From Cetorhinus maximus (lineage: Eukaryota), in NCBI RefSeq assembly GCF_964194155.1, contig NC_135883.1, positions 91,512,001-91,576,000 on the forward strand: DNA of 64,000 nt, in the 5' to 3' direction. Below the pieces are notes generated by a model. That model was not told where the DNA came from and did no database searches. It saw only the letters and a list, made by a program, of their open reading frames with translations. Below are positions 26,679 through 40,679 of this stretch, in pieces. The translations under genes were made by a program, and so were the position numbers. The first letter of the stretch is position 1, and each line of letters starts with the position of its first letter.

Positions 26679-28009
26679 CCCCAACTTTACCCATGGTTTG
26701 GGAAACCCGCCGTAAGGAAACTCCTGATGATAGTTTTAGCCATGTTCGCAGGGGACCTGTAAAGAAAGGGCAGGCACTTTGCAATAAATGAAGAGCTAAA
26801 GGGAGAACCATCTCTGCTGCTGGACATCTCCTGGTGATCATCAGAAGAGTAATGTTGGAAGAAGCCAGGCTGCTCACTCACTTACTGGGCAGGGAAATCA
26901 TCAGCACCATTTATCTCAAATTGCTTAACACTGTGAGCATTTGAGGGATAATCTAACAAGGGAAGGGATGATCGGGAAAAAAAATCAACATATTTTTATA
27001 AAAAGTGAGCTTCCTTACCAATTATGATGGAGAAAGTGAGATTTGGATGCATAATTTATAATTGTAACTACCTGTCTGTTAATAGTAAAGCAAAAATGAT
27101 GACCTACATTCAGACGCTAGAGTAATGCCAATGGAGCAATTTATGCCTGTCTCCTTCCTTGGCAACCGTGGCTCAGCTGAACTCGGCAGGGACTTATTTA
27201 TTAGATGCTTCTTCTCCAGCCAATAAAGTTAGTGGAATGTAAATCAAGGGAGCTGTCAGAGTTTAGTTAAACCCACTAACGAAGATAGATCTGTCTATGC
27301 CACAGCGAGTAATTTCTGATCTAGGTGACTGAAAATTTCATCATCACAGACCAAAATTAAATCATCAATTATAATCAGTGAAAGTAGAATAAGGAGAAGT
27401 TTTAACCTAAAAGATTTCAATTGAAGTGAAAAGGTCATTGTCCATTGTGTGAAAGGATTAGCCACATGAAGAACTAAGTTATTGACTAACATATTCTGCA
27501 ATAAATTTGACACAGGGTGAGGTGTACAATAAAATCCATGTTATTGCTACTTGCTTTTAAGCCCTGTAAAGCAAGAAGTGATTAATACACCTGAGTAATT
27601 GTGCAGCAATGGGTTTATTAATGTGCATAAAGTAGGGGAAGGGATTACACACTTGTTTGTTTCTTTCTTACTTAAATAACAACAGTTGAATGAAGAATTC
27701 CTCTCAGGAGTATGTGTAGCAGCATCACCAATGGGGTTCATAATTATTTCCTCTGATTGCTATACCTAATCTTTATGAGCATACTTACCACTTGACTATA
27801 AAAGCTAATTTGCATAAAAGGGAGAGAGAATAGAAATTCACTAGAATGGTACCAGGATTATCAAGAAAGATTCACAAATTGGGTGTTTTTTTTTTGGAAA
27901 TGTTAAAGGGTATCTAACAGGTTTCTAACTTAAAAGATGTTCAGTGGATAAATACATTTCTACTGGTTGGACAATTATCATGGACTCGGGATTATTACCA
28001 GGAGGTGAT

Positions 28010-31000
28010 GGGGAGGCAGTGGTGTAGTGGTATTGTCGCTGGACTAGTAATCCAGTGACCCAGGGTTCAAAACCCGCCACAGTAATAGAAATCTGCAATT
28101 AAAAGTAGAACGATGACCATTGTTAACTGTTGCAAAAACACAACTGGTTCACTAATGCCCTTTAGGGAAGGAAATCTGCCGTCCTTAACAGGCCTGGTCT
28201 GGCATACCTGTGACTCCAGATCCAAAGCAATGTGGTTGACTCTTAAATGCCCTCTGAAATGGCCTAGCAAGCCACTCAGTTGTAAGAAACTGCTACAAAG
28301 TCACAAAAAAGGAAATGAAACTGGACGGACAACCTGGCATCAACCTAGGTACCGGAAATGACAACGGCAAACTCAACCCTGTTGTCCCTGCAAAATCCTC
28401 CTTACTAACATCTGGGGGCTCGTGCCAAAGGTGGGAGAGCTGTCTCAAAGACTAGTCAAGCAACAGCCTGACATAGTCACCCTCACGGTATCATACCTTA
28501 CAGCTAATGCCCCAGACACCACCATCACCATCCTTGGTTATGTGCTGTCCCACCAGCAGGACAGATCCCGCAGAGGTGGTATACAGTCAGGAGGGAGTTG
28601 CCCTGGGAGTTCTCAACATCGACTCCAGACCCCATGAAGTCTCATGGCATCAGGTCAAACGTGGGCAAGGAAACCTCCTGCTGATTACCACGTACCGCCC
28701 CCACCCCCCTCAGCTGATGAATCAGTGCTCCTCCATGTTGAACACCACTTGGAGGAAGCACTGAGGGTGGCAAGTGTGCAGAATTTACTCTGGGTGGGGA
28801 ACTTCAATATCCATCACCAAGAGTGGCTCGGTAGCAGCACTACTGGCTGAGTCCCAAATGACATAGCTGCTAGACTGGGTCTGCGGCAGGTGGTGAGGGA
28901 ACCAACAGAGGGAAAAACATACATGACCTCATCCTCAATAACCTGCCTGCCGCAGGTGCATCTGCCCATGATGGTATCGGTAGGAGTGACCACCACACAG
29001 TCATTGTGGAGATGAAGTCCCACCTTCACATTGAGGATACCCTCCATCGTGTTGTGTGGCATTACCATCGTGCTAAATGGAATAGATTTCGTACAGATCT
29101 AGCAACTCAAGTCTGGGCATCCATGAGGCACTGTGGGCCATCAGCAGCAGCAGAATTGTACTCGAACACAATCTGTAACCTCATGGCCCGGCATATCCCC
29201 CACTCTACTATTACCATCAAGCCAGGGAATCAACCCTGGTTCAATGAAGAGTGCCTGAGGGCATGCCAGGAGCAGCAACAGGCATACCTAAAAATGAGGT
29301 GTCAACCTGGTGAAGCCAAACAGCATAAGCAGCAAGTGATGGAGAGAGCTAAGCGATCCCACAACCAATGGATCAAATCTAAGCTCTGCAGTCCTGCCAC
29401 ATCCAGTCGTAAATGGTAGTGACCAATTAAACAACTCACTGGAGGAGGAGGCTCCACAAATATCCACATTCTCAATGACAGAGGAGCACAGCACATCAGT
29501 GCAAAAGATAAGGCTGAAGCATTTGCTATAATCTTCAGCCTGAAGTGCAGAATGGATGATCCATCTCGGCCTCCTCCGGAGGTCCCCAGCATCACAGATG
29601 CCAGTCTTCAGCCAATTCGATTCACTCCACATGATATCAAGAAACAGCTGAAGGCACTGGATACTGCAAAGGCTGTGGGCCCTGACAATATTCCTGCAAT
29701 AGTGCTGAAGACTTGTGCTCCAGAACTTGCTGCGCCCCTGGCCAAGCTGTTCCAGTGCAGCTACAATACTGGCATCTACCCCGCTATAAGGAAAATTGCC
29801 CAGGTATGTACTGTGCACAAAAAGCAGGACAAATCCAGCCTGCCCCATCAGTCTACTTTCGATCATCAGTAAAGTAACGGAAGGGGTCATCAACAGTGCT
29901 ATCAAGCGGCACTTGCTTAGCAATAACCTACTCACTAGTGCCCAGTTTGGGTTCCGCCAGGGCACCCAGCTCCTCACCTCATTACAGCCTTGGTTCAAAC
30001 ACGGACAAAACAGCTGTACTCGAGGTGAGGTGAGAGCGACTGCCCTTGACATCAAGCCCGCATTTGACAGGGTGTGGCATCAAGGAGCCCCAGCAAAACT
30101 GGAGTCAATGGGAATAAGGGCAAAAAATCTCCACTGGTTTGAGTCATACCTAGCAGAAAGGAATATGGTTGTGGTTGTTGGAGGTTAGTCATCTCAGCTC
30201 CAAGACATCACTGCAGGAGTTCCTCAGGGTAGTGTCCTCAGCCCAACCATCTTCAGCTGCTTTATCAATGACCTTCCTTCCATCATAAGGTCAGAAGTGA
30301 GAATGTTCACTGATGATTGTACAATGTTTAACACCATTTGCAACTCCTCAGATACTGAAGCAGTCCATGTCCAAATGCAGGAAGACCAGGACAATATTCA
30401 GGCTTGGGCTGACAAGTGGCAAGTAATATTCACACCACACAAGTGTCAGGCAATGACAATCTCCAACAAGGGAGAATCCAACCATCACCCTTTGATGTTC
30501 AATGGCATTACCATCACTGAATCCACCACTATCAACATCCTGGGGGTTACCATGGACCAGAACTGGACTAGCTATATAAATACTGTGGCTACAAGAGCAG
30601 GTCAGAGGCTAGGAATCCTGTGATGAGTAACCGACCTCCTGACTCCCCAAAACTTGTTCACCATCAACAAGGCAGAAGTCAGGAGTGTGATGGAATACTT
30701 TTACTTCCCTGGATGAATGCAGCTCCCACAACATTCAAGAAGCTTGACACTGTCCAGGACAAAGCAGCCCACTTGATTGGCACAAACATTTACTCCTCCA
30801 CCACCAATGCACAGTAACAGCAGTGTGTACCATCTACACGCTGCACTGCAGGAATTCACCAAGGCTCCTTCGACAGCAGCTTCCAAACCCACGACCTCTA
30901 CCATTCAGAAGAACAAGGGCAGCAGATAGCTGGGAACACAACCACCTGCAAGTTCCCCTCCAGGTCACTCATCATCCTAACTTGGAAATATATCGCCATT

Positions 31001-31186
31001 CTTTCACTGTTGCTGGGTCAAAACCCTGGAACTCCCTTCCCAACAGCATTGTGGGTGTACGTATAGCAAATGGACTGCAGCGGTTCAAAAAGGCAGCTCA
31101 CCACCAACTTCTGAAGGGCAACTAGGGACGGGCAATAAATACTGGCCCAGCCAGCGAAGCCCACATCTCATGAATGAATAAAAAAA
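28010..31186 (+). mobile_element. Near full-length EN-RT LINE (second family, CR1/L2-group-like) with a tRNA-like 5' head
   Basis: APE endonuclease remnants (QQPDIVTLT, LLITTYRP, WVGNFNIHHQEWLG), RT remnants (GPDNIP, ALDIKPAFDRVWH, MFTDDCT), a 3' tail and an A-run. There is no room for an ORF1. It splits an older CR1 3' fragment (~27830-28009 and ~31187-31420). Confidence 0.88.
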
Positions 31187-31529
31187 GGAGAATGAAAGTG
31201 GAAAAGTTGTTGAGTGGGGTTATTGGAACATGGAATGCTTTACCACAAGTGGCTGTAGAGGTAGGAACAAACACACCATTTTAAAAGGATTAATAAGTAT
31301 TTGCAAAGGAACAATAGAAAGGATTGCACAGGAAAAGCAGGATAAAGAAATGAGAGTAGATAGCTTCAGTTGAAGAGTTAACACAGTGCAATGAGCCAAC
31401 CAGCCTCCTTCTGTACTTTATTGTCTTTGGTTGCCTTATCATTTGAGACAGCCTTGGGCAAGTCTCATCTCCTGGGTAAATTCATTCATAACCTTCCATC
31501 ACATCCTAATTATTTCCATTATGGAATTG

Positions 31530-31730
31530 GAATTTTATCGTTGTTCATTCACTGTCGCTGGGTCAAAATCCTGGAACTCCCTTCCTAACAGTGCTGTGGG
31601 TGTACCTACACCAGATGGACTGCAGCGGTTCAAGAAGGCAGCTCACCATCACCATCTCAAGGGCATTAAGAATGGGTAACAAACACTGGCTTAGCCAGCG
31701 GTGCCCACATCCCATGAACAATTTTTAAAA
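31530..31730 (+). mobile_element. 3' tail fragment of the second LINE family
   Basis: cactgtcgctgggtcaaaatcctggaactccc...gcccacatcccatga. Confidence 0.75.
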
Positions 31731-32785
31731 AGATACTATCCTGGCAACGTATTTTTACAAATGTTGCACCATATAGGTGTTGGATGTGTCATGTGGTGAT
31801 AAACAAATGCCAATCCCGTTGCAGTAAAACCTGTAGATTAAGAATTTAGGAACTTTCTGAAAATAGTTTTACTTTCTCTGAGAAAATATATTTTCTTTTT
31901 GCAGATAACATTTTGATGGATTTTATCTCATGTTTTAGTTTCTGGGGTAGTGGAGTTGTAAGGAGCACATAACTGATTTCTTGCAGGAGAGTCACTAAGG
32001 AATAGTAACTATTTTTAAATAATATACAGCACTTTAACCCTTGAATGATTGATATTCTCCCTAGTTTTTTGCAACGAGGATGTAAGAAGTGGGGTAGGGG
32101 GTGGGCTTGCGAAGAGGATCAGAGTTATTTGAAGCTCCTATTGTAACACAAGGATGCGGGAATTGAGGCCGGTGGCGATCCATCCACCGACTCCACCCCG
32201 ACCCCATTGCGGATCAATTCCCAGGCCACACTAGCATGCAGTAGTGATGACCTCTTTGCCACACTAGCATGCAGCAATGCTTACTCCTGGGCCACACTAG
32301 CATTCAGCAATGCTGACTCTCAGGCCACACTAGCATGCAGCAATGCTGACCAACAGGCCACACTAGCATGCAGCAATGCTGACCAACAGGCCACACTAGC
32401 ATGCAGCAATGCTTACTCCTGGGCCACACTAGCATGCAGCAATGCTGACCAACAGGCCACACTAGCATGCAGCAATGCTGACCAACAGGCCACACTAGCA
32501 TGCAGCAATGCTGACCAACAGGCCACACTAGCATGCAGCAATGCTTACTCCTGGGCCACACTAGCATGCAGCAATGCTGACTCTCAGGCCACACTAGCAT
32601 GCAGCAATGCTGACCAACAGGCCACACTAGCATGCAGCAATGCTGACTCCCGGGCTACACCAGTATGCTGCAATGCTGACCCCCCGGGCCATACCAGCTT
32701 GCAGCAATGCTGACTCCTGATCCAAACAAGCATGCGGCAATGCTGACTCCTGGGCTACACTAGCATGTGGCAATGCTGACTCCCA

Positions 32786-33066
32786 GGTCACAGAGTAAAG
32801 GGAAGACCTTTTAGAACAGAGATGAGGAGAAACTTCTTTAGCCAGAGAGTGGTGAATCTATGGAATTCATTGCCACAGAAGGCTGTGGAGGCCAGGTCAT
32901 TGAGTGTATTTAAGACCGAGGTAGATAGGTTCTTGATTGGTAACAGGATCAAAGGTTACGGGGAGAAGGCGGGAGAATGGGGTTGAGAAACTTATCAGCC
33001 ATGATTGAATGGCGGAGCAGACTCGATGGGCTGAATGGCCTAATTTCTGCTCCTATGTCTTATGGT
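32786..33066 (+). mobile_element. CR1/HER1 3' end inside the minisatellite (copy A)
   Basis: gagatgaggagaaacttc...aatggcctaatttctgctcctatgtcttatgg. Confidence 0.85.
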
Positions 33067-34282
33067 GATCCCCAGGCCACACTAGCATGCAGAAACGCTG
33101 ACTCCTAGGCCACACTAGCATGCGGCAATGGTGACTCCTGGGCCACACTAGTATGCAGCAATGGTGACTTCTAGGCCACACTAGTATGTAGCAATGCTGA
33201 CTCCCGGGTCACACTAGCATGCAGCAATGCTGACTTCTAGGCCACACTATCATGCAGCAATGCTGACTCCTGGGCTACACCAGCAATGGTGACTTCTAGG
33301 CCACACTATCATGCAGCAATGCTGACTCCTGGGTCACACCAGCATGCCGCAATGCTGACTCCTGGGCTACACCAGCAATGGTGACTTCTAGGCCACACTA
33401 GCATGCAGCAATGCTGACTCCTGGGTCACACCAGCATGCAGCAATGCTGACCCCCAGGCCACACCAGCATGCAGCAATGCTGATTCCCAGGCCACACTAG
33501 CGTGCAGCTATGCTAACTCGTGGGCCACACCTGCATGCAGCAATGATGACTCCTGGGCCACACCTGCGTGCAGCAATGCTGACTCCTGGGCCACACCTGC
33601 ATGCAGCAATGATGACTCTCAGGCCACACTAGCATGCAGCAATGCTGACCAACAGGCCACACTAGCATGCAGCAATGATGACTCTCAGGCCACACTAGCA
33701 TGCAGCAATGCTGACCAACAGGCCACATTAGCATGCAGCAATGCTGACTCCTGGGCCACACTAGCATGCAGCAATGCTGACCCCCAGTCCTCTCTAGCAT
33801 GCAGCAATGCTGACTCCCGGGCCACACCAGCACGCGGCAATGCTGACTCCCAGGCCACACCAGCATGCAGCAATGCTGACTCCCAGGCCACACCAGCATG
33901 CAGCAATGCTGACCCCTGGGCCACACTAGCATGCAGCAATGCTTACTCCTGGGCCACACTAGCCTGCAACAATGCTTAGCCCCGGGCCACACCAGCATAC
34001 AGTAATGCTGACTCCCGGGCCACACTAGCATGCAGCAATGCTGACTCTCAGGCCACACTAGCATGCAGCAATGCTGACCACCAGGCCAAACTAGCATGCA
34101 GCAATGCTGATCAACAGGCCACACTAGCATGCAGCAACGCTGACTCCCGGGCTACACCAGTATGCTGCAATGCTGACCCCCCGGGCCATACCAGCTTGCA
34201 GCAATGCTGACTCCTGATCCAAACAAGCATGCGGCAATGCTGACTCCTGGGCCACACTAGCGTGTGGCAATGCTGACTCCCA

Positions 34283-34563
34283 GGCCACAGAGTAAGGGGA
34301 AGACCTTTTAGAACAGAGATGAGGAGAAACTTCTGTAGCCAGAGAGTGGTGAATCTATGGAATTCATTGCCACAGAAGGCTGTGGAGGCCAGGTCATTGA
34401 GTGTATTTAAGACCGAGATAGATAGGTTCTTGATTGGTAACAGGATCAAAGGTTACGGGGAGAAGGCGGGAGAATGGGGTTGATAAACTTATCAGCCATG
34501 ATTGAATGGCAGAGCAGACTCGATGGGCCGAATGGCCTAATTTCTGCTCCTATGTCTTATGGT
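34283..34563 (+). mobile_element. CR1/HER1 3' end inside the minisatellite (copy B)
   Basis: Near-identical to copy A with the same breakpoints, about 1497 bp downstream. Confidence 0.85.
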
Positions 34564-37500
34564 GACCCCCAGGCCACACTAACATGCAGAAACGCTGACT
34601 CCTAGGCCACACTAGCATGCGGCAATGGTGACTCCTGGGCCACACTAGTATGCGGCAATGGTGACTCCTGGGCCACACTAGCATGCGGCAATGGTGACTC
34701 CTGGGTCACACTAGCATGCGGCAATGCTGACTCCTGGGCTACACCAGCATGCAGCATTGGTGACTTCTAGGCCACACTAGCATGCAGCAATGCTGACTCC
34801 TGGGTCACACCAGCATGCAGCAATGCTGACTCCCAGGCCACACTAGCATGCGGCAATGCAAACTCGCGGGCCATACCTGCATGCAGCAATGCTGACTCTC
34901 AGGCCACACTAGCATGCGGCAATGCTGACCAACAGGCCACACTAGCATGCAGCAATGCTGACTCCCCGGCCACACTAGCATGCAGCAATGTTGACCAACA
35001 GGCCACACTAGCATGCAGCAATGCTGACCAACAGGCCACACTAGCATGCTGCAATGCTGACCCCTGGGCCACACTAGCATGCAGCAATGCTGACTCCCGG
35101 GTCACACCAGCATGCAGCAACGCTGATTCCCGGGCCACACTAGCATGCAGCAATGCTGATTCCCGGGCCACACCAGCATGCAGCAATGCTGACTCCCAGG
35201 CCACACTAGCATGCTGCAATGCTGACCCCTGGGCCACACTAGCATGCAGCAATGCTGACTCCCTGGTCACACTAGCATGCAGCAATGCTGACTCCCAGGC
35301 CACACCAGCACGCGGCAATGCTGACTCCCAGGCCACACCAGCACGCGGCAATGCTGACTCCCAGGCCACACCAGCACGCGGCAATGCAATCTCCTGCTTA
35401 AAACCAAATGTAATTATGTCACAGCTGGTGGTCTGGAGTTGAAATTTGTAAATTGTATGAGGTGGTGGGGGTTGTTGCGGGGCATAGTGGTCCGGCCGTT
35501 GCTGGACTTGCAGGGAAATTATCACCAGCAAAGTAAACGAGCAATAGGGATGGGGCGGGGGTTGACTGGATAGTCCATGATTGGGAGAGGGCTTCTGCTC
35601 AGGCCGCAGAGGCCCAAATTATCCTTGTGGGGCCAAGAGGATTAATGACATTGATCTGGAGCTCCTGTGCCCAGGTTACAGCCTGACACAAGCTTTTGCT
35701 AGTGGCTTTGAGATTGTATGGGTCTTGGTTGGAGCTGTTATAATTGAATGCATGTCCTGATGACCTCCTGGGCCATTTGCTGGTAGCTGACAGGCCCTCT
35801 TCTGCTGGGCGGGGTGACTATCAGCTCCATGGAGGTGACCTCCCTGCAGCCATCCACGGGTCCTATGGAGCTGGAGGAACTGCTTGCCTGGCCCCTCTGG
35901 TTTTAAATTTTTCACTTACCTGCCTGACGGCACCTCCAATTTTGGACACTCTCTTGTTCTTTGACCTGCCTCAGCAGCACCCACTGGGAGCTGCTGAGGT
36001 TATAGAGAGTTGACCCTCTGATTGGATCAGCAGCATCCAGCTCCCACCTGCACCTGATAATTAGATGGCGAGTCTGTAGGTGGCCAAATAGGAAGCTGCT
36101 TCCAGGAAAATTGCTGAGCCAGTCCAACCACTTGCAAGGGAGGGCTTGAGACCCTCATTTGGTCCTGATTTTGGGATCCTGAAGCCCATGGGAAAATCCT
36201 GCCCAAGGTTTCATATTTTCAGGTTCAAAGAATTGAGTTTCATGCCTAATTCGTTTGCTCCAAACTTCCCTATTTCAGATAACATTCTTTCAGGGCTTCA
36301 CTTACCATGGATTATAAGCACAGACATAGATGTTTCCAATTCAATGTAAGGGACTCAGGGAGTGCTTTAAGATGCAATGGAAAGTCAAATTGTTCCCTGG
36401 CCAATTATCTACTAAAACCTTTGTAAGACAAAGTCTTACATCAGACATTAGATGTTGTTTTGGCATCTGTATTTCATCTATTTCTCTGGTTAGATAAAAC
36501 AGCAGATGTTTTTGATATTTGTTCTGTACTTGTTTTCAATCCCTGCCTGGCGTATTGCTAAGGAATGAAACTAAATACAACACAAAGAAGCACAATATCA
36601 GCTGCAAGTATATATCTGAGACCAAAATTGGTTCTGTCGATTATCTTACAGTGTCTCTTATTCTTGTCTTCCACTGTGGGGGAGCTGGGGGTGGAGGTTG
36701 CAGACTTTCAACTCTAGATAACATAGAACCTAAGGCAGTGGTGTAATGGCAGCTTTAGAACTGGTTTATTACACATTATGTGCAGGTGTCAAGGCATTCT
36801 CCCCCAGCTCATTTTTATTTTTGACACTTTGGCATATTTTTCAGCATTTTGAAATAAACCTTTGAGAAACATATATGTAAGTATTTTTAATGTGTTTAGT
36901 CTACATAGGAGAATATATCCCACTAAGCTGAACAAAAAAAGATGGTGAATTATGTGTCTAATGGCAATCTGCTATTAACATCCTGCCCAACACCTATCTT
37001 TGAACCATCACCAGGGAAAGCAGATTAATTTTAGTACTTATTGTCACGTAACTATAGTCGCTGACCTTAAAGTAATGTGCTGTGTTCTTTGAGGTGTTTC
37101 TGAGAGATGTGATAAGGTTCTTTATAAATTTAAGCCTTTCTTTTTAGATACACAAGAGGATGGAAATTGGTTTGCTTTGAGTCTATTTTCCTGGCATAAA
37201 TTGGGTGTAAAGCATTTAGCAGTGGGCTGGCCTGTGTTGAATCCACATAGGTGTTGATCCTACTGCTAAATTTGTGGGGCCCATTCATCAGGTCTCTGGT
37301 CTTAGGCCTGAGAATTTGTTACTAGGGACCTAACAACTGTTGAAGAATCCCTTGTGGAAATGAATCAGTGATGAGTAGAGCAACCATCAGGTCAGGGTTT
37401 TTCCAATGGATAACAAAAGATATGTTTCTGAAGTATTTTTAAAAAATTCCTCCCTGTGGATCCAGGATATACAGGAGGGGTCCCCCAGCTCCAACGCTGT

Positions 37501-40139
37501 TGTTATCGTTTTCTCCCGCCCTGGCTCACAACACCAACCCCGCGCCCCCCCCCCACTTCATTAGCCCATTTCAACTTTCCTTCCTAGGACTTACCGGAGG
37601 GCCGTTGCCTACAAGGCAGACAGTGCAACATTAATGGTTCCCCTTGTGCAAACTGCCTATAGAGGTATGACCAGTACATGCAGCTCACCCTCAGTAAGCC
37701 CCAAGACCAATTTGCATTAAACTTGGGCCTCTTTGTTGGATTATGTGCTCCCTGTACAGTGCTTGAGCCAAGAGCCTGCCCAGACAAATATTTGCCCTGT
37801 TATATGTGTCCATTGCACATTATTGAAAAGTAGACCATTATTGGGCAATAAAATGTTAGAATTGCATTCTTTCACTTTTGCAACTTCAGTTTAAATCAAT
37901 GGCAGACTCAAAGGAAGGACATCTGCTACCTGTTATATGTTAAAATAAGTTCAGAAAGTCTCAACCTAGCTTCCTGTTGATAATTATCAACAGCACAGAA
38001 TTGCTCACGTTCTGGCTTAAAACTTGTGAACCTCAGCAAGAACATCAAAATGTCTGAGATCCCATATTGCAGTAGAATACCAAGGCTGAGCAGCATTGTT
38101 GAAGTAGAGGGAGCTTTTCCTGGCATCTGCCCATGCTACAGCTGGCCCAGGATGGTGACAGTGGATGGCAAAAATAGGAAGGTGGTGTATTCCCACGCAT
38201 AGGCTTCCTTTGTCTTAACACACACAAGACAAATGTCACAAATCGTAAAGAGAAAAGTAGAAACTGGGCCTTTTGTTTATCTTACAATAGAGCATTTCAA
38301 CGCAGAAAGCCTCTTTCTTTTCAAAATCTCAGTACTGCTTGGATTTATTCTATTTGGCATTTTTGCTCACAAAGTCATGGGACTTTGAGCAGTTGCTAAT
38401 TCAGAGAAGTCTTTCATTTTTGAATTAGCAAGTCCAATAGAATGCGGATGTTGTAGGCTGGCCCAGGCTGAATACTTTCATTATCAGTTTTTATGGGAAT
38501 TTTTTTTTGGTCCATCAATACAATATTTCAAACCAGTTAAAACGAGAAACGTATTACATGCACCCAGAATATAATGCATCAAAAGCTCCTGTGTGGTGGA
38601 AGATGCTGGTGTAAGTGCCAGCATGTGATATTTAGCACTGACTCTGATGGAGTTTGCAGGATGGTCGAGTTTATTTCGGGAGGGAGCCTGTGCTACTCGG
38701 GCTGCATGTCAGGTACTGAATAGCCCCTGCATATTGGGCAATTTGGCAGCTGCTGCTTTCTCTTCTGGGATGTTAATGGGAAAAATAATGGCAATATATG
38801 TGGTCTTGCCAGTGTTGCCTGTGCCCTGAGAACAAATGTAAAGAAATATAACACAATGATTGTCTGTTTAATCCCATTATTTTTAATATTAACCAAAACT
38901 GAGCTTACCCGGGTCTTTGTTTTGACAGACCTTGAATGGATTTTAAACTTTTGAAGCAATATTTTCATTTTGGTACCTTTTCCCTGAGAGCTTTTTTCAT
39001 AAGCAAAATGTGGTATTCATCAATTATTAAAATCGATTAATTGCCAAGACTGTCTTATCTGTCATAATTATAATATGCTAATGAGTACTGCTAGTCATTA
39101 ATTATTCTTGATGCTGAATAAATGCAGGGCTGTCAATGAGACTTTTAAATTTTGCCTTTAGCTACATAAAGATTCTTATACCCCATGACTTAGCCCCTCT
39201 AGTAAGAGCAAATTTGGTCTTGATTCTGAAACAAAAGAGGAAAATATAACTGGAAGCAGATTTAGGAAGATGGAAGTTGTCCCTCGTGTTTGCAGCACGA
39301 GGCCCTAGAAATTTTATTGGCAGGGCCTCACCTCCATGCCGCCAGTCAGCTTCCCACACAAATGGACGGGAATGGCTAACTGGCTAGCCGGTGGGAGCAA
39401 AGGTTCGGCCAGCAGGAGGCCGCTGATCAGCATGAAAAGGAAGGCAAGTCGGCAAGAAGCTAAGTCTCATGGAGGGGGTTTTATCAATGGCTGGAGCAGC
39501 TTCCCCACTCAGGCTAGAGTCCAATTTCTAGTCAGGGGCCTAGTGATGTCATTAGACTCCAGTCTGAATGTTTAATGAAGAACCACGCTGGTTTCAAGGA
39601 GTGCCTTTGACGTCTGCTCAGAAGAGCAGGTTATAATCACGATTGGTACAATGTGGGCAGGATATAAGCGGCTAAGTCACCCGGATGAATCCAGCTGCAT
39701 AATTAATACTTTTCACCAGGTGGATAAAATTATTCTAAAGACTTCATGGAACAGATTTACAAATGACAACAGGAGGCCTGGTGGATTAGTTTATTTTTAC
39801 ATGGATGAGCTAGGATATGCTGAATGCCTTTGCACATCCTCATTTGTCTTTTGATCTTGAATTTAGGATCTGGGTACTTTGCCAAGACTGCAGCTTTTTT
39901 CTAGCTGGGTGAGCTAAGATTGCCTGAATGGTCTTCCCCATCAGTATTTTTCTTGCAATTTTCTGCTAAAGAGTCTTAAAACTAATTTAATCCCCCATTA
40001 ATATTGCTCATTTGCTGCTAATGACACACATGAAGTTGACAGCACACGTACGATAAATATAAATCCAGTCATGCAGTAGATATTTTTCAATGTTGTTTTG
40101 GCACTCACTCGGCTTTCGGTTCAAACAGCAAACGATGTA

Positions 40140-40270
40140 TTAAAATAAAAGAAAAAATGCTGGAAATGCTCAGCAGATCTGGCAGCATCTGTGGAGAGAG
40201 AAACAGGGTTAACGTTTCAAGTCCGTATGACTCTCCTTCAGAGCTAACGAGAGATAGAAATGGGATGGAT
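40140..40270. repeat. Penelope-like terminal fragment
   Basis: aaatgctggaaatgctcagcagatctggcagcatctgtggagagagaaacag, the same motif as at 1275-1435. Confidence 0.5.
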
Positions 40271-40679
40271 CATCAAATCCACACTTTAAATGGGACAGAC
40301 TAAAGTCAGAGCTAGCACCCAAAACTTGTACCTCATCCTCTCATACGGCTGGTGCAGGCCCTCTACACTCTCCATCGAGCTAGGGTTGACCTTCTGGCTT
40401 TATGGGAATGTCACTGTCACTGGGTCAAAATCCTGGAGCTCCCTCTCTAACAGCACTGTGAGTGTTCCTACACCACAGGGACTGTAGCAATTCAAGAAGG
40501 CAGCTCACCACCACCTTCTCAAGGGCAATTAGGGATGGGCAATGAATGCTTGACCCAGCCAATGATGCCCATATCCCATTAATGAATTAAAATAAAAGTA
40601 TTGAGAGATGTATTGATCCAAGCGATAACAGATAGTGATGGTAAATTCTACTGCTCTCAATGGTCCAGAGTGCCTCATG

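Larger units (their letters stand above)
32221..35387 (+). repeat. 33-bp minisatellite array (~3.2 kb), unit ggccacactagcatgcagcaatgctgactccca and variants
   Basis: Dozens of tandem units giving 11-aa periodic translations (QATLACSNADQ; MLVWPVGQHCC). The array is interrupted twice by a CR1 3' end. Confidence 0.95.

Noticed and set aside
27295-27513. Hydrophobic minus-strand ORF (KLLLILLSLIII) as a second micropeptide
   Set aside because: It has no LxxNF regulin motif and a non-ATG start in AT-rich DNA. The hydrophobic ORF at 22860-23072 was rejected for the same reasons.
28010-28080. tRNA-Thr gene
   Set aside because: It has A/B boxes and an anticodon arm but no proper acceptor stem, and it runs into repeat sequence, so it is a retroposon head.
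32207-35531. Cys-rich repetitive ORFs (168, 205 and 210 aa) and a CRISPR-like appearance
   Set aside because: The ORFs are by-products of a 33-bp unit divisible by three. The variable parts are only a few bases and recur, so they are not spacers. There are no cas genes and the context is a eukaryotic intron.
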